Below are positions 46,424 through 56,490 of a stretch of 64,000 nucleotides of DNA, in pieces. Below the pieces are notes generated by a model, which made no database searches, was not told the origin of the DNA, and saw nothing but the letters and a program-made list of their open reading frames with translations. The translations under genes and the position numbers were made by a program. Positions within the stretch are counted from its first letter, which is position 1, and each line of letters begins with the position of its first letter. Source of the stretch: an uncultured Gammaproteobacteria bacterium (GTDB taxonomy: Bacteria; Pseudomonadota; Gammaproteobacteria; JBBQDK01); the NCBI GenBank assembly GCA_963778665.1, contig CAVZVG010000003.1, positions 192,813 to 256,812 of the forward strand. The letters are read 5' to 3'.

Positions 46424-47752
46424 GTGTTTTTCATTCACGCTTCACCCTTGGCGGTGGACGGGGTATTTATTGTGTCTTTCAAAGAACTGAATCTGGATTC
46501 CAAACTCCTGCAGGCCATCGAGGCCAGCGGCTTCACCGCGCCGACCGACATACAGCGCGCCGCGATTCCTGTCGTCCTGGCCGGCCGCGACCTGATGGCC
46601 TCGGCGCAGACCGGCACCGGCAAGACGGCGGCCTTCGTGCTGCCGGCCATGCAGCGCCTGTTGAGCCCGCCCGCGGTGCAGGGCCACGGCCCGCGCGTGC
46701 TGGTGCTGACACCGACGCGCGAACTCGCCAATCAGGTCAACGACAACATCCGCACACTCGGCAAGTTCTGCCGTTACACCGCCGGCAGCGTCGTCGGCGG
46801 CATGCCTTATCCGCCGCAGATCAAAATGCTGCGTCAACCGCTGGATCTGCTGGTCGCCACACCGGGTCGTCTCATGGACCATATGTCGCAGGGTCGCATC
46901 GACTTCTCGCGCCTGGAAGTCCTGGTGCTGGACGAAGCCGATCGCATGCTCGATCTCGGCTTCGTCGATGCCGTGCGTGACATCGCCGCCGCCACACCGG
47001 CCAATCGCCAGACGCTGCTGTTCTCCGCGACGCTGGAAGGCAAGGTGATGACCATCGCCAAGCAATTGCTGCGCAATCCCGAGCGCGTGCAGCTGGCCGC
47101 CAATCACGAAAACCATTCCTCGATTACCCAGCACGTGCATATCGCCGACAGTTTCGGTCACAAGCATCGTCTGCTGGCGCATCACCTCGCCGACATCGAG
47201 CTGACCCAGGCCGTCATCTTCACCGCCACCAAGCGCGGTGCCGATGCGCTGGCCGAGAAACTCGCCGAGCAGGGCCACATCAGTGCCGCGCTGCACGGCG
47301 ACATGAACCAGGGCGCGCGCAAGCGCACCGTGGATCGCATGCGGCGTGGCGGTGTGCGCCTGCTGGTGGCGACCGATGTCGCCGCGCGCGGTCTCGACAT
47401 CCGCGGCATCAGTCACGTCATCAACTTCGATCTGCCCATGGTCGCAGAGGACTACATTCACCGCATCGGCCGCACCGGCCGCGGCGGCGACTCCGGCATC
47501 GCCATCTCGCTGGTCGGTCCCGACGACCGCGGCAAGCTCGCCGGTATCGAACGCCTGACCGGCCGCAAGCTGGAACGCAGCGTCATTCCGGGTCTCGAGC
47601 CCAGTGCGCGCGAGTACAGCGGCGCCCCGCGTAAACCGGCTCGCGGCAAGCCGCCGATCCGGCACAAGAGCGGCACGCGTTCCAGTCATGCACCGCAGCG
47701 TAATGAAAACGGCGGCAGCCGCTTCGCACGCAATGCCCGCAGCACGGGTTGA
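46424..47752 (+). CDS. srmB: DEAD-box RNA helicase, SrmB-like (true start probably near 46478)
   Basis: [54 protein letters not shown].., DEAD, SAT and [10 protein letters not shown] motifs; closest to E. coli SrmB. Confidence 0.75.
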   Translation: MFFIHASPLAVDGVFIVSFKELNLDSKLLQAIEASGFTAPTDIQRAAIPVVLAGRDLMASAQTGTGKTAAFVLPAMQRLLSPPAVQGHGPRVLVLTPTRELANQVNDNIRTLGKFCRYTAGSVVGGMPYPPQIKMLRQPLDLLVATPGRLMDHMSQGRIDFSRLEVLVLDEADRMLDLGFVDAVRDIAAATPANRQTLLFSATLEGKVMTIAKQLLRNPERVQLAANHENHSSITQHVHIADSFGHKHRLLAHHLADIELTQAVIFTATKRGADALAEKLAEQGHISAALHGDMNQGARKRTVDRMRRGGVRLLVATDVAARGLDIRGISHVINFDLPMVAEDYIHRIGRTGRGGDSGIAISLVGPDDRGKLAGIERLTGRKLERSVIPGLEPSAREYSGAPRKPARGKPPIRHKSGTRSSHAPQRNENGGSRFARNARSTG

Positions 47753-47770
47753 TCCTCTGCGGTAAACTCG

Positions 47771-47808
47771 AGCGCCTGATCGAATCATTCGGTCAGGCGC
47801 TTTTTTTA
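47771..47808 (+). terminator. rho-independent terminator after srmB-like gene
   Basis: GCGCCTGA-13 nt-TCAGGCGC followed by TTTTTTT. Confidence 0.7.
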
Positions 47809-47824
47809 TGAGTACGATTCAAGA

Positions 47825-48076
47825 ATGAACTGCCGAACCCACTGCGGCGCCTGCTGTATCGCGCCGTCCATTACATCGCCGATCCCGGGATTGCCGCACG
47901 GCAAACCCGCGGGCGTACGCTGCGTGCAGCTCGATGCCGACCTGCGCTGCCGCCTGTTCGGCCTGCCGGAACGCCCGGCCGTGTGCGCTTCGTTCAAACC
48001 GATGGCCGATGTGTGCGGGACATCAGGCAGTGAGGCGCTGCTTCTTCTAGGCGGACTGGAAGCCAGCACCCGCTAG
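47825..48076 (+). CDS. YkgJ family cysteine-cluster (zinc/iron-chelating) protein
   Basis: MNCRTHCGACCIAPSITSP..CRLFGLPERPAVCASF is the UPF0153/YkgJ Cys pattern. Confidence 0.6.
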   Translation: MNCRTHCGACCIAPSITSPIPGLPHGKPAGVRCVQLDADLRCRLFGLPERPAVCASFKPMADVCGTSGSEALLLLGGLEASTR

Positions 48077-48199
48077 GCAGAATCGTTCGCTTCTTAGTAC
48101 ACTCATGATTCCATGACGGCGCCGGCAGTGCGCGGCTTGCCGGAATATTATGCAGTGACGGTTCATCGCCAACAGAAAAATACGGGGAGCTAACGCCGC

Positions 48200-49351
48200 A
48201 TGAACCGGAATGTCCATCTGCTGCTGGCCGCGCAGTTCCTCAGTGCCTTCGCCGACAATGCACTGCTGTTCACCGCCATAGCCATGGTTTTGCACAGCGC
48301 ACACCTGGCGGCCTGGTATATCCCGGCATTGCAGGCCTCGTTTCTGGTGGCGTTCGTGATCTTCGCGCCGTGGGTCGGCGTGGTGGCGGACCGGCACAGC
48401 AAGGTCCGGGTGCTGTTCGGCGCCAACGGCATCAAGGCATTGGGCGCGGGTTTGCTGATGATCGGTATCGATCCGCTCGCGGCCTATGCCGTGGCCGGTA
48501 TCGGCGCCGCGTTCTACGGGCCGGCGAAGTACGGGATTCTGCCGGAACTGTTGGGCCGCGAGCGGCTGGTCGCCGCCAACGGACTGATCGAAGGCACGAC
48601 CATCGTGGCCATCGTCACCGGTGCGCTGGCCGGCGGCTTTGCCGCGGACCGCTCGGTGCCGCTGGCGCTGATGGCGGTGATCGCCTGTTACCTGGTCTCC
48701 GCCTTGATCGTGCTCGGCATGACACTCACACCGGTGCGCGTCACGGAGCGTCTTCCCGCGGTGCGTTACTTCGCCGGCATGACGCGCACTTTGCTCAGTA
48801 CCTCGCGGGCGATGTTCGCGACGCTGGGCGTGACGCTGTTCTGGTCATCGGCCGCGGTGTTGCGGGTCATGGTGGTGGCGTGGGCGCCGATCGTGCTGGC
48901 GCTGCACAGTACCGAGGATATCGCCGCGCTGACCCTGTTCAGTGCCATCGGTGTCGCGCTCGGCGCCTTCATCGCGCCACGGCTGATACCGCTCGACAAT
49001 CTGCGACGCGCGCGCATTGCCGCTTACGGCATGGGTATATGCATCATTCTGCTCGCCATCACCGCCGCGTTATGGCCGGCGCGTCTGGCGCTGTTGGCGG
49101 TGGGCATCGCAGGCGGCATCTTCGTCGTGCCGGTGAATGCGACCTTGCAGGAGATCGGGCATCGCACGCTGGGTGCGGGTGGCGCGGTCGCGGTGCAGCA
49201 GTTCTTCGAAAACCTCGGCATGCTGACGGCCACCGGCGTTTATGCTTTCGCAGCCGGGCAGGGCGCCGACCCGTTGTTATCGATATTCTGCGCTTGGTGT
49301 GCTGGTGATGTTGGCGACTGCGCTGTTGTCATGGCATCTGCCGGATGTTGA
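48200..49351 (+). CDS. lplT: lysophospholipid transporter LplT (MFS); 3' end disturbed by two 1-bp indels at ~49270-49300
   Basis: LLLAAQFLSAFADNALLFTAIAMV..FAPWVGVVADRHSKVRVLFGANGIKALGAGLLMIG.. matches LplT. The C-terminus ..QGADP / VVIDILRL / GVLVMLATALLSWHLP is distributed over three frames. Confidence 0.65.
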   Translation: MNRNVHLLLAAQFLSAFADNALLFTAIAMVLHSAHLAAWYIPALQASFLVAFVIFAPWVGVVADRHSKVRVLFGANGIKALGAGLLMIGIDPLAAYAVAGIGAAFYGPAKYGILPELLGRERLVAANGLIEGTTIVAIVTGALAGGFAADRSVPLALMAVIACYLVSALIVLGMTLTPVRVTERLPAVRYFAGMTRTLLSTSRAMFATLGVTLFWSSAAVLRVMVVAWAPIVLALHSTEDIAALTLFSAIGVALGAFIAPRLIPLDNLRRARIAAYGMGICIILLAITAALWPARLALLAVGIAGGIFVVPVNATLQEIGHRTLGAGGAVAVQQFFENLGMLTATGVYAFAAGQGADPLLSIFCAWCAGDVGDCAVVMASAGC

Positions 49352-49387
49352 AAACGCTGGCGAGTGTTTAATCCGCATCCATATATT

Positions 49388-49417
49388 GTTCCGTGTCCTC
49401 CGTGGTGATGGCTTTTT
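49388..49417. repeat. family A repeat fragment (copy A3: TTCCGTGTCCTCCGTGGTGATGGCTTTTT)
   Basis: Matches the outer arm of family A. Confidence 0.6.
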
Positions 49418-49554
49418 GTCGGGCGCGTCAGTTTTTCGCTGCCTTGCGACTTTTCGGTTGACCATGCGACGTGTAGGATAGGCCTGTGCCTCGATCGCAC
49501 GGCCGCGTCGGGACTGGCATCTGGTGCGGCGTGCTTATCTGACAGGAAAACCCC

Positions 49555-49797
49555 ATGCGCGGTATGGTACCCGACGATCCTCAGACGCATGTTTCCGACA
49601 TGCAGTACGCGGTTGTGTATGCACCGCGCCGCGTGCGCAATCGCGTGCCGGCCGGCTGCGTCGAGGTGATGGATTCGCTGGATGCCGCGCTGGCGGCGTC
49701 CGATCCTGACAAGAACCGTTATGCGGCGCAGGTGCACGGGCCGTCGAAATCCTCGGAAGGGCAGTTCCTCTATTACATCCTTGCCTGGTATGAGTAA
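49555..49797 (+). CDS. hypothetical small protein (80 aa)
   Basis: ORF track entry; no motif recognised. Confidence 0.35.
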   Translation: MRGMVPDDPQTHVSDMQYAVVYAPRRVRNRVPAGCVEVMDSLDAALAASDPDKNRYAAQVHGPSKSSEGQFLYYILAWYE

Positions 49798-49886
49798 TCG
49801 CGCAGTGACGGACAAGACGCTTGTTCACGCGGCGCCGTCTTTGCGCGCGGCTCGATAATAATCTGCTGTAGAGGACCCTGCCTGTC

Positions 49887-50801
49887 ATGATCACCGCCCT
49901 GCTGCAAATGGCCGCGCTCATCGCCTGCGGTGTGTTGTGGCGCTTCGTGCGCCCCGGCGGTTTCGATATCGACAGCGTGCGCCGGATATTGACGACCCTG
50001 GTCTATTACCTGCTGCTGCCGGCGCTGGTGCTGGTGGTGTTGTGGAAATCGCCGCTCGGACTGGACACGCTGCGCACCTCGTTCGTCGCGGCGTCCTGCG
50101 TGCTGGCCGGCATGGCCGTGAGCTGGCAGATCTGCCGCTTGTGCGGCACGACCAAGGCGGCGCGCGGTGCCATGATTCTGGCCGCGGCCTTTCCCAATGC
50201 CACCTATCTCGGTCTGCCGGTACTGGAGGCCACGTTCGGCAAGTGGGCGCGCAGTGTCGCGATCCAATACGACTTGTTCGCCTGCCTGCCCTTGCTGCTG
50301 ACCATCGGCATGATGGTGGCGCAGGCGCACGGTGACGGCCTGGAGCGCACGCATCCCATACGCGCCTTGCTGCGTGTTCCGCCGTTATGGGCGGCAGTGC
50401 TGGCGATAGTGCTCAACAAAAGCGGTGTGCCCTTGCCGCAAGGTCTCGCCGATACGCTGCGCATGCTGGCGGCGGGCGTGGTGCCCTTGATGCTGCTGTC
50501 GCTGGGCATGAGTCTGCGTTGGGACACCATGTTGACCGTGCATACCCGCGCGGTATTGCCGGTGCTGGTGATTCAGTTGTTCATGCAGCCGGCGCTGGCC
50601 GTGGTATTGGCGCACACCGTCGGCTTGAGCGGGCAGGTGCTGATGGCGGTGGTGCTGGAAGCGGCCATGCCGAGCATGGTGCTCGGCATCGTCATCAGCG
50701 ATCGCTACGGTCTGGATACGCCTTTGTACGCGGCGGCGGTGACGCTGTCGACCCTGTGCAGTCTGGTGACATTGCCGTTGTGGTATGGCTGGCTGAGTTG
50801 A
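49887..50801 (+). CDS. AEC (auxin efflux carrier / malate permease) family transporter
   Basis: 10-TM profile and the Mem_trans-like N-terminus MITALLQMAALIACGVLWRF.. Confidence 0.6.
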   Translation: MITALLQMAALIACGVLWRFVRPGGFDIDSVRRILTTLVYYLLLPALVLVVLWKSPLGLDTLRTSFVAASCVLAGMAVSWQICRLCGTTKAARGAMILAAAFPNATYLGLPVLEATFGKWARSVAIQYDLFACLPLLLTIGMMVAQAHGDGLERTHPIRALLRVPPLWAAVLAIVLNKSGVPLPQGLADTLRMLAAGVVPLMLLSLGMSLRWDTMLTVHTRAVLPVLVIQLFMQPALAVVLAHTVGLSGQVLMAVVLEAAMPSMVLGIVISDRYGLDTPLYAAAVTLSTLCSLVTLPLWYGWLS

Positions 50802-50843
50802 TGCAATGGCCGATATCGTCCCGGCGCACTGACACCGGCATTG

Positions 50844-52136
50844 TCAACGCATACTGCCGCTGATCTCGTCGGCCCAGGCGATGCTGTCCAGATAGGCGCT
50901 CGACACGACATCCGCGACCAGACCGGCAAAGGCGACATGATTCCAGTCGCCGCGTTCGTAGGCGATGGTGCAGGCCAGCGCGTCGCCGAGCGGGCCTTGC
51001 CGGTGGAGCAGGGCGTCGCGTACTTCGTTGGTGAAGGGCAGCGCGTTGAGAACACGCTCCATCGGTACGTCCATCATGGCATCGACGACCGAAAACAGTC
51101 CCACCGTGAAATAGGTCTCCGGATCGCCGGCGCGACCGTTGATGGCCAGCTGTTCGCACATCTTGGCGCGTGCCAGCGCCGTGTTGGTCAGGGCGCTGGG
51201 TTTGTCTTCGATGCCTCTCATGACCAGCAAAGTGACCCAGGTCTTGATGGCGCGATTGCCGATGTATACCAGTGCCTGCTGGATGGATTCGATCTTCCTG
51301 GGCAGTGCGAAGAAGGCCGAGTTGATGTAGCGCATCAGTTTGTAACTCAGCGACAGATCCTGGCTGATGATCTTTTCCAGCTCGCTGGGTTGCGTGTTCG
51401 GGTCTTGCAGCTGGGACAGCAGCCGCAGGATGGAGAGCTTGTTGTCGGGAATGCTCTGGCCGGTCAGTACCCGCGGCAGGCACAGGAAATATCCCTGGAA
51501 ATAGTCGAATCCGAGGTCGCGGCACAGGTCGAATTCCTGCTGGGTCTCGACCTTCTCGGCGACCAGCTTGACGGGATGCCTGCGGAACAGTTCGACATGC
51601 TCCCGGACCTTGTCCATGCCCAGCGCCTGGACGTCGATCTTTACGATCCTGGCGTACTCGAGCAGCTTTTCGAGACATTCGCTGTAGACGCAATCATCGA
51701 GGGCGATGGTATAGCCCTGCTCTGCGAGCGCGCGGACGCCTTCGACCAGTTCGGCGTCGATAGTGATATCTTCGAGCACCTCCAGGATGACCTTTTCCTT
51801 GGGGAAAGGTAAGGCGTGTTCGCCGGTGAGGAAGTTGCGAGTCAGGTTGATGAAGGCGAGATGCGTGCCGACCACCTGGTCGAGACCTATTTCCATGAAG
51901 GCGTTGACAACGACCTGCGAGGTGGCGTGATCGCCGTTGAAATCACCGGCGCTGTTGGTGCTGCTGCTGCGGTACAGCAGTTCGTAACCGAAGATCCCCA
52001 TGTTGCTGTCGAAGATGCCCTGCCGGCCGATGAAGATATCCTTGGTCGCGGAGGAACGCGGCGTCGATTCCGAATTACCTGAGACCGGGCCGCTGCACGC
52101 GGGTCGACTGAAGCTGGGTCGTGGTACGTCACGCAT
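50844..52136 (-). CDS. EAL + HDOD domain protein (c-di-GMP signalling, probably degenerate EAL)
   Basis: ..GYELLYR.. and ..ILEVLEDI.. with KIDVQALG (EAL), followed by an HDOD-like C-terminus. Confidence 0.65.
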   Translation of the reverse strand: MRDVPRPSFSRPACSGPVSGNSESTPRSSATKDIFIGRQGIFDSNMGIFGYELLYRSSSTNSAGDFNGDHATSQVVVNAFMEIGLDQVVGTHLAFINLTRNFLTGEHALPFPKEKVILEVLEDITIDAELVEGVRALAEQGYTIALDDCVYSECLEKLLEYARIVKIDVQALGMDKVREHVELFRRHPVKLVAEKVETQQEFDLCRDLGFDYFQGYFLCLPRVLTGQSIPDNKLSILRLLSQLQDPNTQPSELEKIISQDLSLSYKLMRYINSAFFALPRKIESIQQALVYIGNRAIKTWVTLLVMRGIEDKPSALTNTALARAKMCEQLAINGRAGDPETYFTVGLFSVVDAMMDVPMERVLNALPFTNEVRDALLHRQGPLGDALACTIAYERGDWNHVAFAGLVADVVSSAYLDSIAWADEISGSMR

Positions 52137-52244
52137 GTTATTGAATGGCGCTCATTCTTCCTACTGATATGACGTATGCCCGGTGAGGATGGGGAATCAG
52201 CCTGGCTGGAATGATAGCGGCAATATAGAGAATTTCTTTAGAGC

Positions 52245-52313
52245 GTCTGACAAAACGATTTCTGAAAAGCATTGAACACGGAGAACACAGAGAAACTTTT
52301 TGTAAAAAGCATT
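52245..52313. repeat. family A repeat, copy A4 left half (interrupted by MITE B3)
   Basis: AAAAGCATTGAACACGGAGAACACAGAGAAACTTTTTGTAAAAAGCATT read directly. Confidence 0.6.
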
Positions 52314-52448
52314 AAGGAAGGTCTGAAAAAATCGTCAACCGCCAAGGACGCCAAGAGCGCCAAGATATTTCTTCTTGAATTTCAAAACAGATTTCTTGGC
52401 GTCCTTGGCGTACTTGGCGGTTCAAGTAATTAATCAGGGTTTCCTTAA
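52314..52448. repeat. MITE-like element, family B (copy B3; core 52339-52420), inserted inside family A copy A4
   Basis: ~95% identical to B2, including the flank TTCAAGTAATTAATCAGGGTTTCCTTAA. Outer ends TTAAGGAAGG../..GGTTTCCTTAA form an inverted repeat. Confidence 0.7.
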
Positions 52449-52535
52449 AGCGATTACCACGAGGGCACGGGAATCAAGTGGGGTTCCCGGTTATTCCCTG
52501 TGTTCTCCGTGGTGATGGCTTTTTCTCAGGCGCTC
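52449..52535. repeat. family A repeat, copy A4 right half
   Basis: AGCGATTACCACGAGGGCACGGG..CCCGGTTATTCCCTGTGTTCTCCGTGGTGATGGCTTTTT read directly. Confidence 0.6.
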
Positions 52536-52662
52536 TTGGAGGTTTGTCGGAAAACGTGGTCGTCATCGAACAGGCTTGGAGGCCTGCGGATGATGCTTGT
52601 CGGGATATGCGTAACGCTTATAATCACTGTCGTCCGTGGCTGTCCACGGGCGTCCTGGCTGA

Positions 52663-53061
52663 TTGCGTGCGGGTTCTCTGTCGATGACTGCAACACCGAT
52701 GTGCTGGAAATGCGGCGCCGCCTTGACGGAGCTGCTGCTGCCATTGCCGCGCCTGGCCGAATGTCCGGCCTGCCGTGCCGAATTGCATGTGTGCAGATCC
52801 TGTGTCTATTACGATACGGGTGTCGCCAATCAATGCCGCGAACCGGTGGCCGAACCGGTCAGTGACAAGACCCGGGCCAATTTCTGTGGTTATTTCCAGT
52901 TGCGCGCGGATGCCTGGCAGCCCCAGGCCGCCGGGCAGGCGCAGAGTGCGCAGGCGCAGTTGGACTCGCTGTTCGGTGGCCCGGCGGATGCGACGCAAGA
53001 CCGGGAAGACAGTGCACGCACCGCACTCGATCGATTGTTCGGAAACAAGCCTGATAACTGA
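52663..53061 (+). CDS. zinc-ribbon domain protein (CWKCG..CPACR..CRSC) with Gln/Ala-rich C-terminus; start probably 52687
   Basis: ORF track entry; three Cys pairs in the first 60 aa. Confidence 0.4.
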   Translation: MRAGSLSMTATPMCWKCGAALTELLLPLPRLAECPACRAELHVCRSCVYYDTGVANQCREPVAEPVSDKTRANFCGYFQLRADAWQPQAAGQAQSAQAQLDSLFGGPADATQDREDSARTALDRLFGNKPDN

Positions 53062-53100
53062 TCGGCAGTGCGTTTCGATTCACGTCTTTCCTTCCTTTGA

Positions 53101-53290
53101 GCGCCTGAAAGAAAACCATTACCACGGAGGACACGGAGAGGTTCTATTGAAAAAGCATTGACCACTGGGGATACGGGGAACACAGGGATACCGACTGGTA
53201 AGCCCCGTGTTCCCCGTGTCCCCGGTGCGGTAATCGCTTTTCCTCATCGACAAATATTCTCCGTGTCCTCCGTGGTAATGGTTATTTATT
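53101..53290. repeat. nested-hairpin repeat, family A (copy A5)
   Basis: ACCACGGAGGACACGGAGAGG .. ACCACTGGGGATACGGGGAACACAGGG-loop-CCCCGTGTTCCCCGTGTCCCCGGTG .. TCTCCGTGTCCTCCGTGGT. Lies between the convergent zinc-ribbon gene and nhaD. Confidence 0.8.
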
Positions 53291-53298
53291 AGACACGC

Positions 53299-54690
53299 TC
53301 AGAATTGACTCGCATTGATCCAGAAATGCATGGCGATACTCGCCGCATACCCCAGCGCCACGACCGGCGTCCAGCGCAGATGACTGAAGAAGGTGTACTG
53401 ACCGCGCGAAGCACCCATCAGCGCGACACCCGCCGCCGAACCGATCGAGAGCAGACTGCCACCCACGCCGGCGGTCAGTGTCACCAGCAGCCACTGACCC
53501 TGCGACATATCCGGATGCATGGTCAGGACCGCGAACATGATCGGGATGTTATCGATTATTGCCGACAGTGCGCCGATGGTGATGTTGGCGTGTGTCGGAC
53601 CCCAGCCGGTATAAAGCAGATGCGAGGCCTGTGCCAGATAGCCGATGAAACCCAGCGCTCCGACACACAGCACCACGCCATAGAAGAACAGCAGCGTGTC
53701 CCATTCGGCGCGTGCCACCAGCGAGAAGACATCGAAAGAGGTAAGGCTGCCCAGTTGACCATCGGCAGGGTCGGTGTACCAGCCGGTGGTTTTCTTCAGG
53801 TAATAACCGGTGATCTGCAGGTACGCCAGACCGGTCATCATGCCCAGCATGGGCGGCAGTCGCAGGATATGATAGAACGCCACGGCGGTGGCGATGGTCA
53901 GTCCGAACAACAATATGATGCGGCGCGCTCCGCGCTTCATGCGCACCTGTTCCTTGATCGGCGCCGGCGCACCGTCGGGTATCGCGAAATGCATGATTGC
54001 CGCGGGTACCAGGAAATTCACCGCCGATGGGATGAACAGCAGGAAGAAACTCCAGAAATCCACCACGCCCTTCTGCCAGACCATCAGCGTGGTGATGTCG
54101 CCGAACGGGCTGAACGCACCGCCGGCATTGGCGGCCACCACCAGATTGATGCACGACAGCGAGATGAAGCGCTTGTTGCCGACGCCGACCGCGATGATCA
54201 CCGCGCACATCAGCAGGGCCGTGGTGAGATTGTCCGCCGCCGCCGAGATGAAGAAGGCCAGCACGCCGGTGATCCAGAACAGTTGCCTGTAGCTGAAGCC
54301 TTTGTGCGTCAACCAGGCGCGCAAGGCCTCGAACACACGCCGCTCTTCCATGGCATTGATATACGTCATCGCCACCAGCAGGAACAGCATCAGCTCGGCG
54401 AAATCGGTGATGTTCTCGCGCAGCGCGACGCTTACCTGTTCGGACATGCCAGTGTCGCGATACACCCAGGCGATCATCGCCCATAACACGCCGGCCAGCA
54501 GAATCACCGGTTTTGATTTGCGCAGCTGCGTGAACTCCTCGGCCATCACCAGCAGATAGGCGAGCACGAACAGACCGAGCGCGATATAACCGACACTCTG
54601 ATGGGTCAGGTCGAGACGCGGTGCGGCCCAGGCGGGCAGGGCGGTGAGACCGGCGCACAGGCCGGCGAACGTGATGAGCTGGCGTTTCAC
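53299..54690 (-). CDS. nhaD: Na+/H+ antiporter NhaD family (ArsB/NhaD permease superfamily) with signal peptide
   Basis: 463 aa, ~12 TM, MKRQLITFAGLCAGLTALPAWA signal, ion-transporter-superfamily repeats. Confidence 0.5.
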   Translation of the reverse strand: MKRQLITFAGLCAGLTALPAWAAPRLDLTHQSVGYIALGLFVLAYLLVMAEEFTQLRKSKPVILLAGVLWAMIAWVYRDTGMSEQVSVALRENITDFAELMLFLLVAMTYINAMEERRVFEALRAWLTHKGFSYRQLFWITGVLAFFISAAADNLTTALLMCAVIIAVGVGNKRFISLSCINLVVAANAGGAFSPFGDITTLMVWQKGVVDFWSFFLLFIPSAVNFLVPAAIMHFAIPDGAPAPIKEQVRMKRGARRIILLFGLTIATAVAFYHILRLPPMLGMMTGLAYLQITGYYLKKTTGWYTDPADGQLGSLTSFDVFSLVARAEWDTLLFFYGVVLCVGALGFIGYLAQASHLLYTGWGPTHANITIGALSAIIDNIPIMFAVLTMHPDMSQGQWLLVTLTAGVGGSLLSIGSAAGVALMGASRGQYTFFSHLRWTPVVALGYAASIAMHFWINASQF

Positions 54691-54932
54691 GAAGTACTCG
54701 GACTCGGGTCAGGTTGGCATCGCGCCCATCATACCGTGAAATACCGTGCCGCTCGCAAACGGATCGCGAAATTTTCCATCCTTGCCTGCTTGCATGACAC
54801 ATCACGACATGCCGCCCGCATATTGAGAACGAGGCGCGAGCGCATAACCACAGTCCCGCCGGGGTGGACGCTGAGCGCACGGTTGATTAAGGTGAGCGCT
54901 GCCAATCGTGGTACAGATCAGAGCCCAATCCC

Positions 54933-56156
54933 GTGACCCAGACCACCCGCAATGTCAGATTGGAAACCGCGCTGCACTGGCGCAGCGCCGATGCCGAGCA
55001 TACCGAACACCGCTACTTCAACCGCAGCAATCTGTGGCGCGATCTTTTTCCCGGCGATCTGGGCGAGCGTCTGATGCAGACCGGGCCGGGCGAGTGGCTG
55101 GGTCAAGCGGTCGCCGCGGGCGAGTTGGTGCCCGGCTATGACAAGAGTCAGGTGAAAGGTATCAAGAGCGCCCAGTTCAAGCGACAGCCGCGTCCCGGCA
55201 CGACCGTGATACCCGCCACCGGGCGTTTTTATCCGCGCAATCTGCTGGACGGCATGACCGATTTTTTCGCGCAGGATCGCCGACCGTTTCGACTGCTGGC
55301 GCAGGACGAGCAGCAGATGAGCATCGATCTGAATCATCCCTGGGCGCGCTATCCGGGAAATTTTCAGGCGCGCGTTATCGAACCCTTGCCGGGCTATGCC
55401 GAGCACGGTGGACGCTGTATCGATATGGGTGAGGAACTGACCGCCCGTGGTCCGGGCATGCAGGCACGCATGCAGGAGGGCGCGACGGATTTCTTCAACA
55501 ACGATCCCTTCGCGCGCCTGGACCCGCGTGCCGATCCGCTGTTTTATGCCGAGCCGCGCCTGGTGCAACACATCGACAGTGCCGCGATCGCCGTGGTGAG
55601 TGGTATCTATGCGCGCTTTCTGCAGCCGGGCATGCGGGTGCTCGATCTGATGAGCAGCTGGGTGTCGCACCTGCCGGAGTCCTGCGGCGAGCTGATAGTG
55701 ACCGGGCTGGGCATGAATGCGTCGGAGCTGGAGCAGAACCCGCGACTCGGCGAGCGCGTGGTGCAGGACATCAACGCCGATCCGGTGTTGCCGTTCGCGG
55801 ATGCATCTTTCGATGCGGTGCTGTGCAGCATGTCCGTCGAATACCTGACCCGGCCTTTCGAAGTGTTCGCCGAGGTGGCGCGCGTGCTGAAGCCGGGCGC
55901 GCCGTTCGTGCTGACGTTTTCCGAACGTTGGTTTCCGAGCAAGGTCATTCAGCTCTGGATCGACATTCATCCCTTCGAGCGCATGGCCGTGGTGCTGGAT
56001 TATTTCCGTGCCTCGGGTCTTTATGCCGATCTCGCGACGGAGTCGCGCCGCGGTCTGCCGCGACCGGAAGACGACAAGTACGCCGCGACCCTGGCAGAGG
56101 CGGATCCGGTATATGCGGTGTGGGGACGCCGCGCGGAGCGTGAGCGGTCTGCGTAG
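54933..56156 (+). CDS. two-domain protein: N-terminal domain of unknown function + C-terminal class I SAM-dependent methyltransferase
   Basis: C-terminal Methyltransf_11-like region (RVLDLMSSWVSHLPE..VLCSMSVEYL..LKPGAPFVLTF). Confidence 0.5.
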   Translation: MTQTTRNVRLETALHWRSADAEHTEHRYFNRSNLWRDLFPGDLGERLMQTGPGEWLGQAVAAGELVPGYDKSQVKGIKSAQFKRQPRPGTTVIPATGRFYPRNLLDGMTDFFAQDRRPFRLLAQDEQQMSIDLNHPWARYPGNFQARVIEPLPGYAEHGGRCIDMGEELTARGPGMQARMQEGATDFFNNDPFARLDPRADPLFYAEPRLVQHIDSAAIAVVSGIYARFLQPGMRVLDLMSSWVSHLPESCGELIVTGLGMNASELEQNPRLGERVVQDINADPVLPFADASFDAVLCSMSVEYLTRPFEVFAEVARVLKPGAPFVLTFSERWFPSKVIQLWIDIHPFERMAVVLDYFRASGLYADLATESRRGLPRPEDDKYAATLAEADPVYAVWGRRAERERSA

Positions 56157-56191
56157 GAATGTCACCGGAGGTGTTCTTGCGAGCATCCGAC

Positions 56192-56340
56192 GAAAAGCAT
56201 TGACCACGGGGAACACGGGGAACACGGGGGTAACCGCTGATAACCCCGTGTTCCCCGTGTTCCCCGTGGTCATCGCTTTAATGCTTTTTACAAAAACTCT
56301 CCGTGTTCTCCGTGGTGATGGCTTTTTCTCAGGCGCTCTT
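56192..56340. repeat. nested-hairpin repeat, family A (copy A6)
   Basis: ACCACGGGGAACACGGGGAACACGGGGG-TAACCGCTGATAACC-CCGTGTTCCCCGTGTTCCCCGTGGT plus TCTCCGTGTTCTCCGTGGTGATGGCTTTTT. Confidence 0.8.
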
Positions 56341-56490
56341 GAACGAGTCGCGCTCGGCCCTTGGCCAGGCTCCACACCGTGCCGTTTTGCGTTACCCTGT
56401 CCGGCGTGGTGAAATAATCCGGCGCCCGGCCGCTACAGCGCTGACACCCTCTGAATTTCCAGCTTTACCCAACCGACGGACAGACGCGCT

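Noticed and set aside
52500-52865. ORFs beginning MFSVVMAFSQALL.., also at 56303-56494 and within 49242-49481
   Set aside because: The identical peptide arises wherever the family A repeat arm TTCTCCGTGGTGATGGCTTTTTCTCAGGCGCTCTTG occurs, so it is a repeat translation and not a gene.
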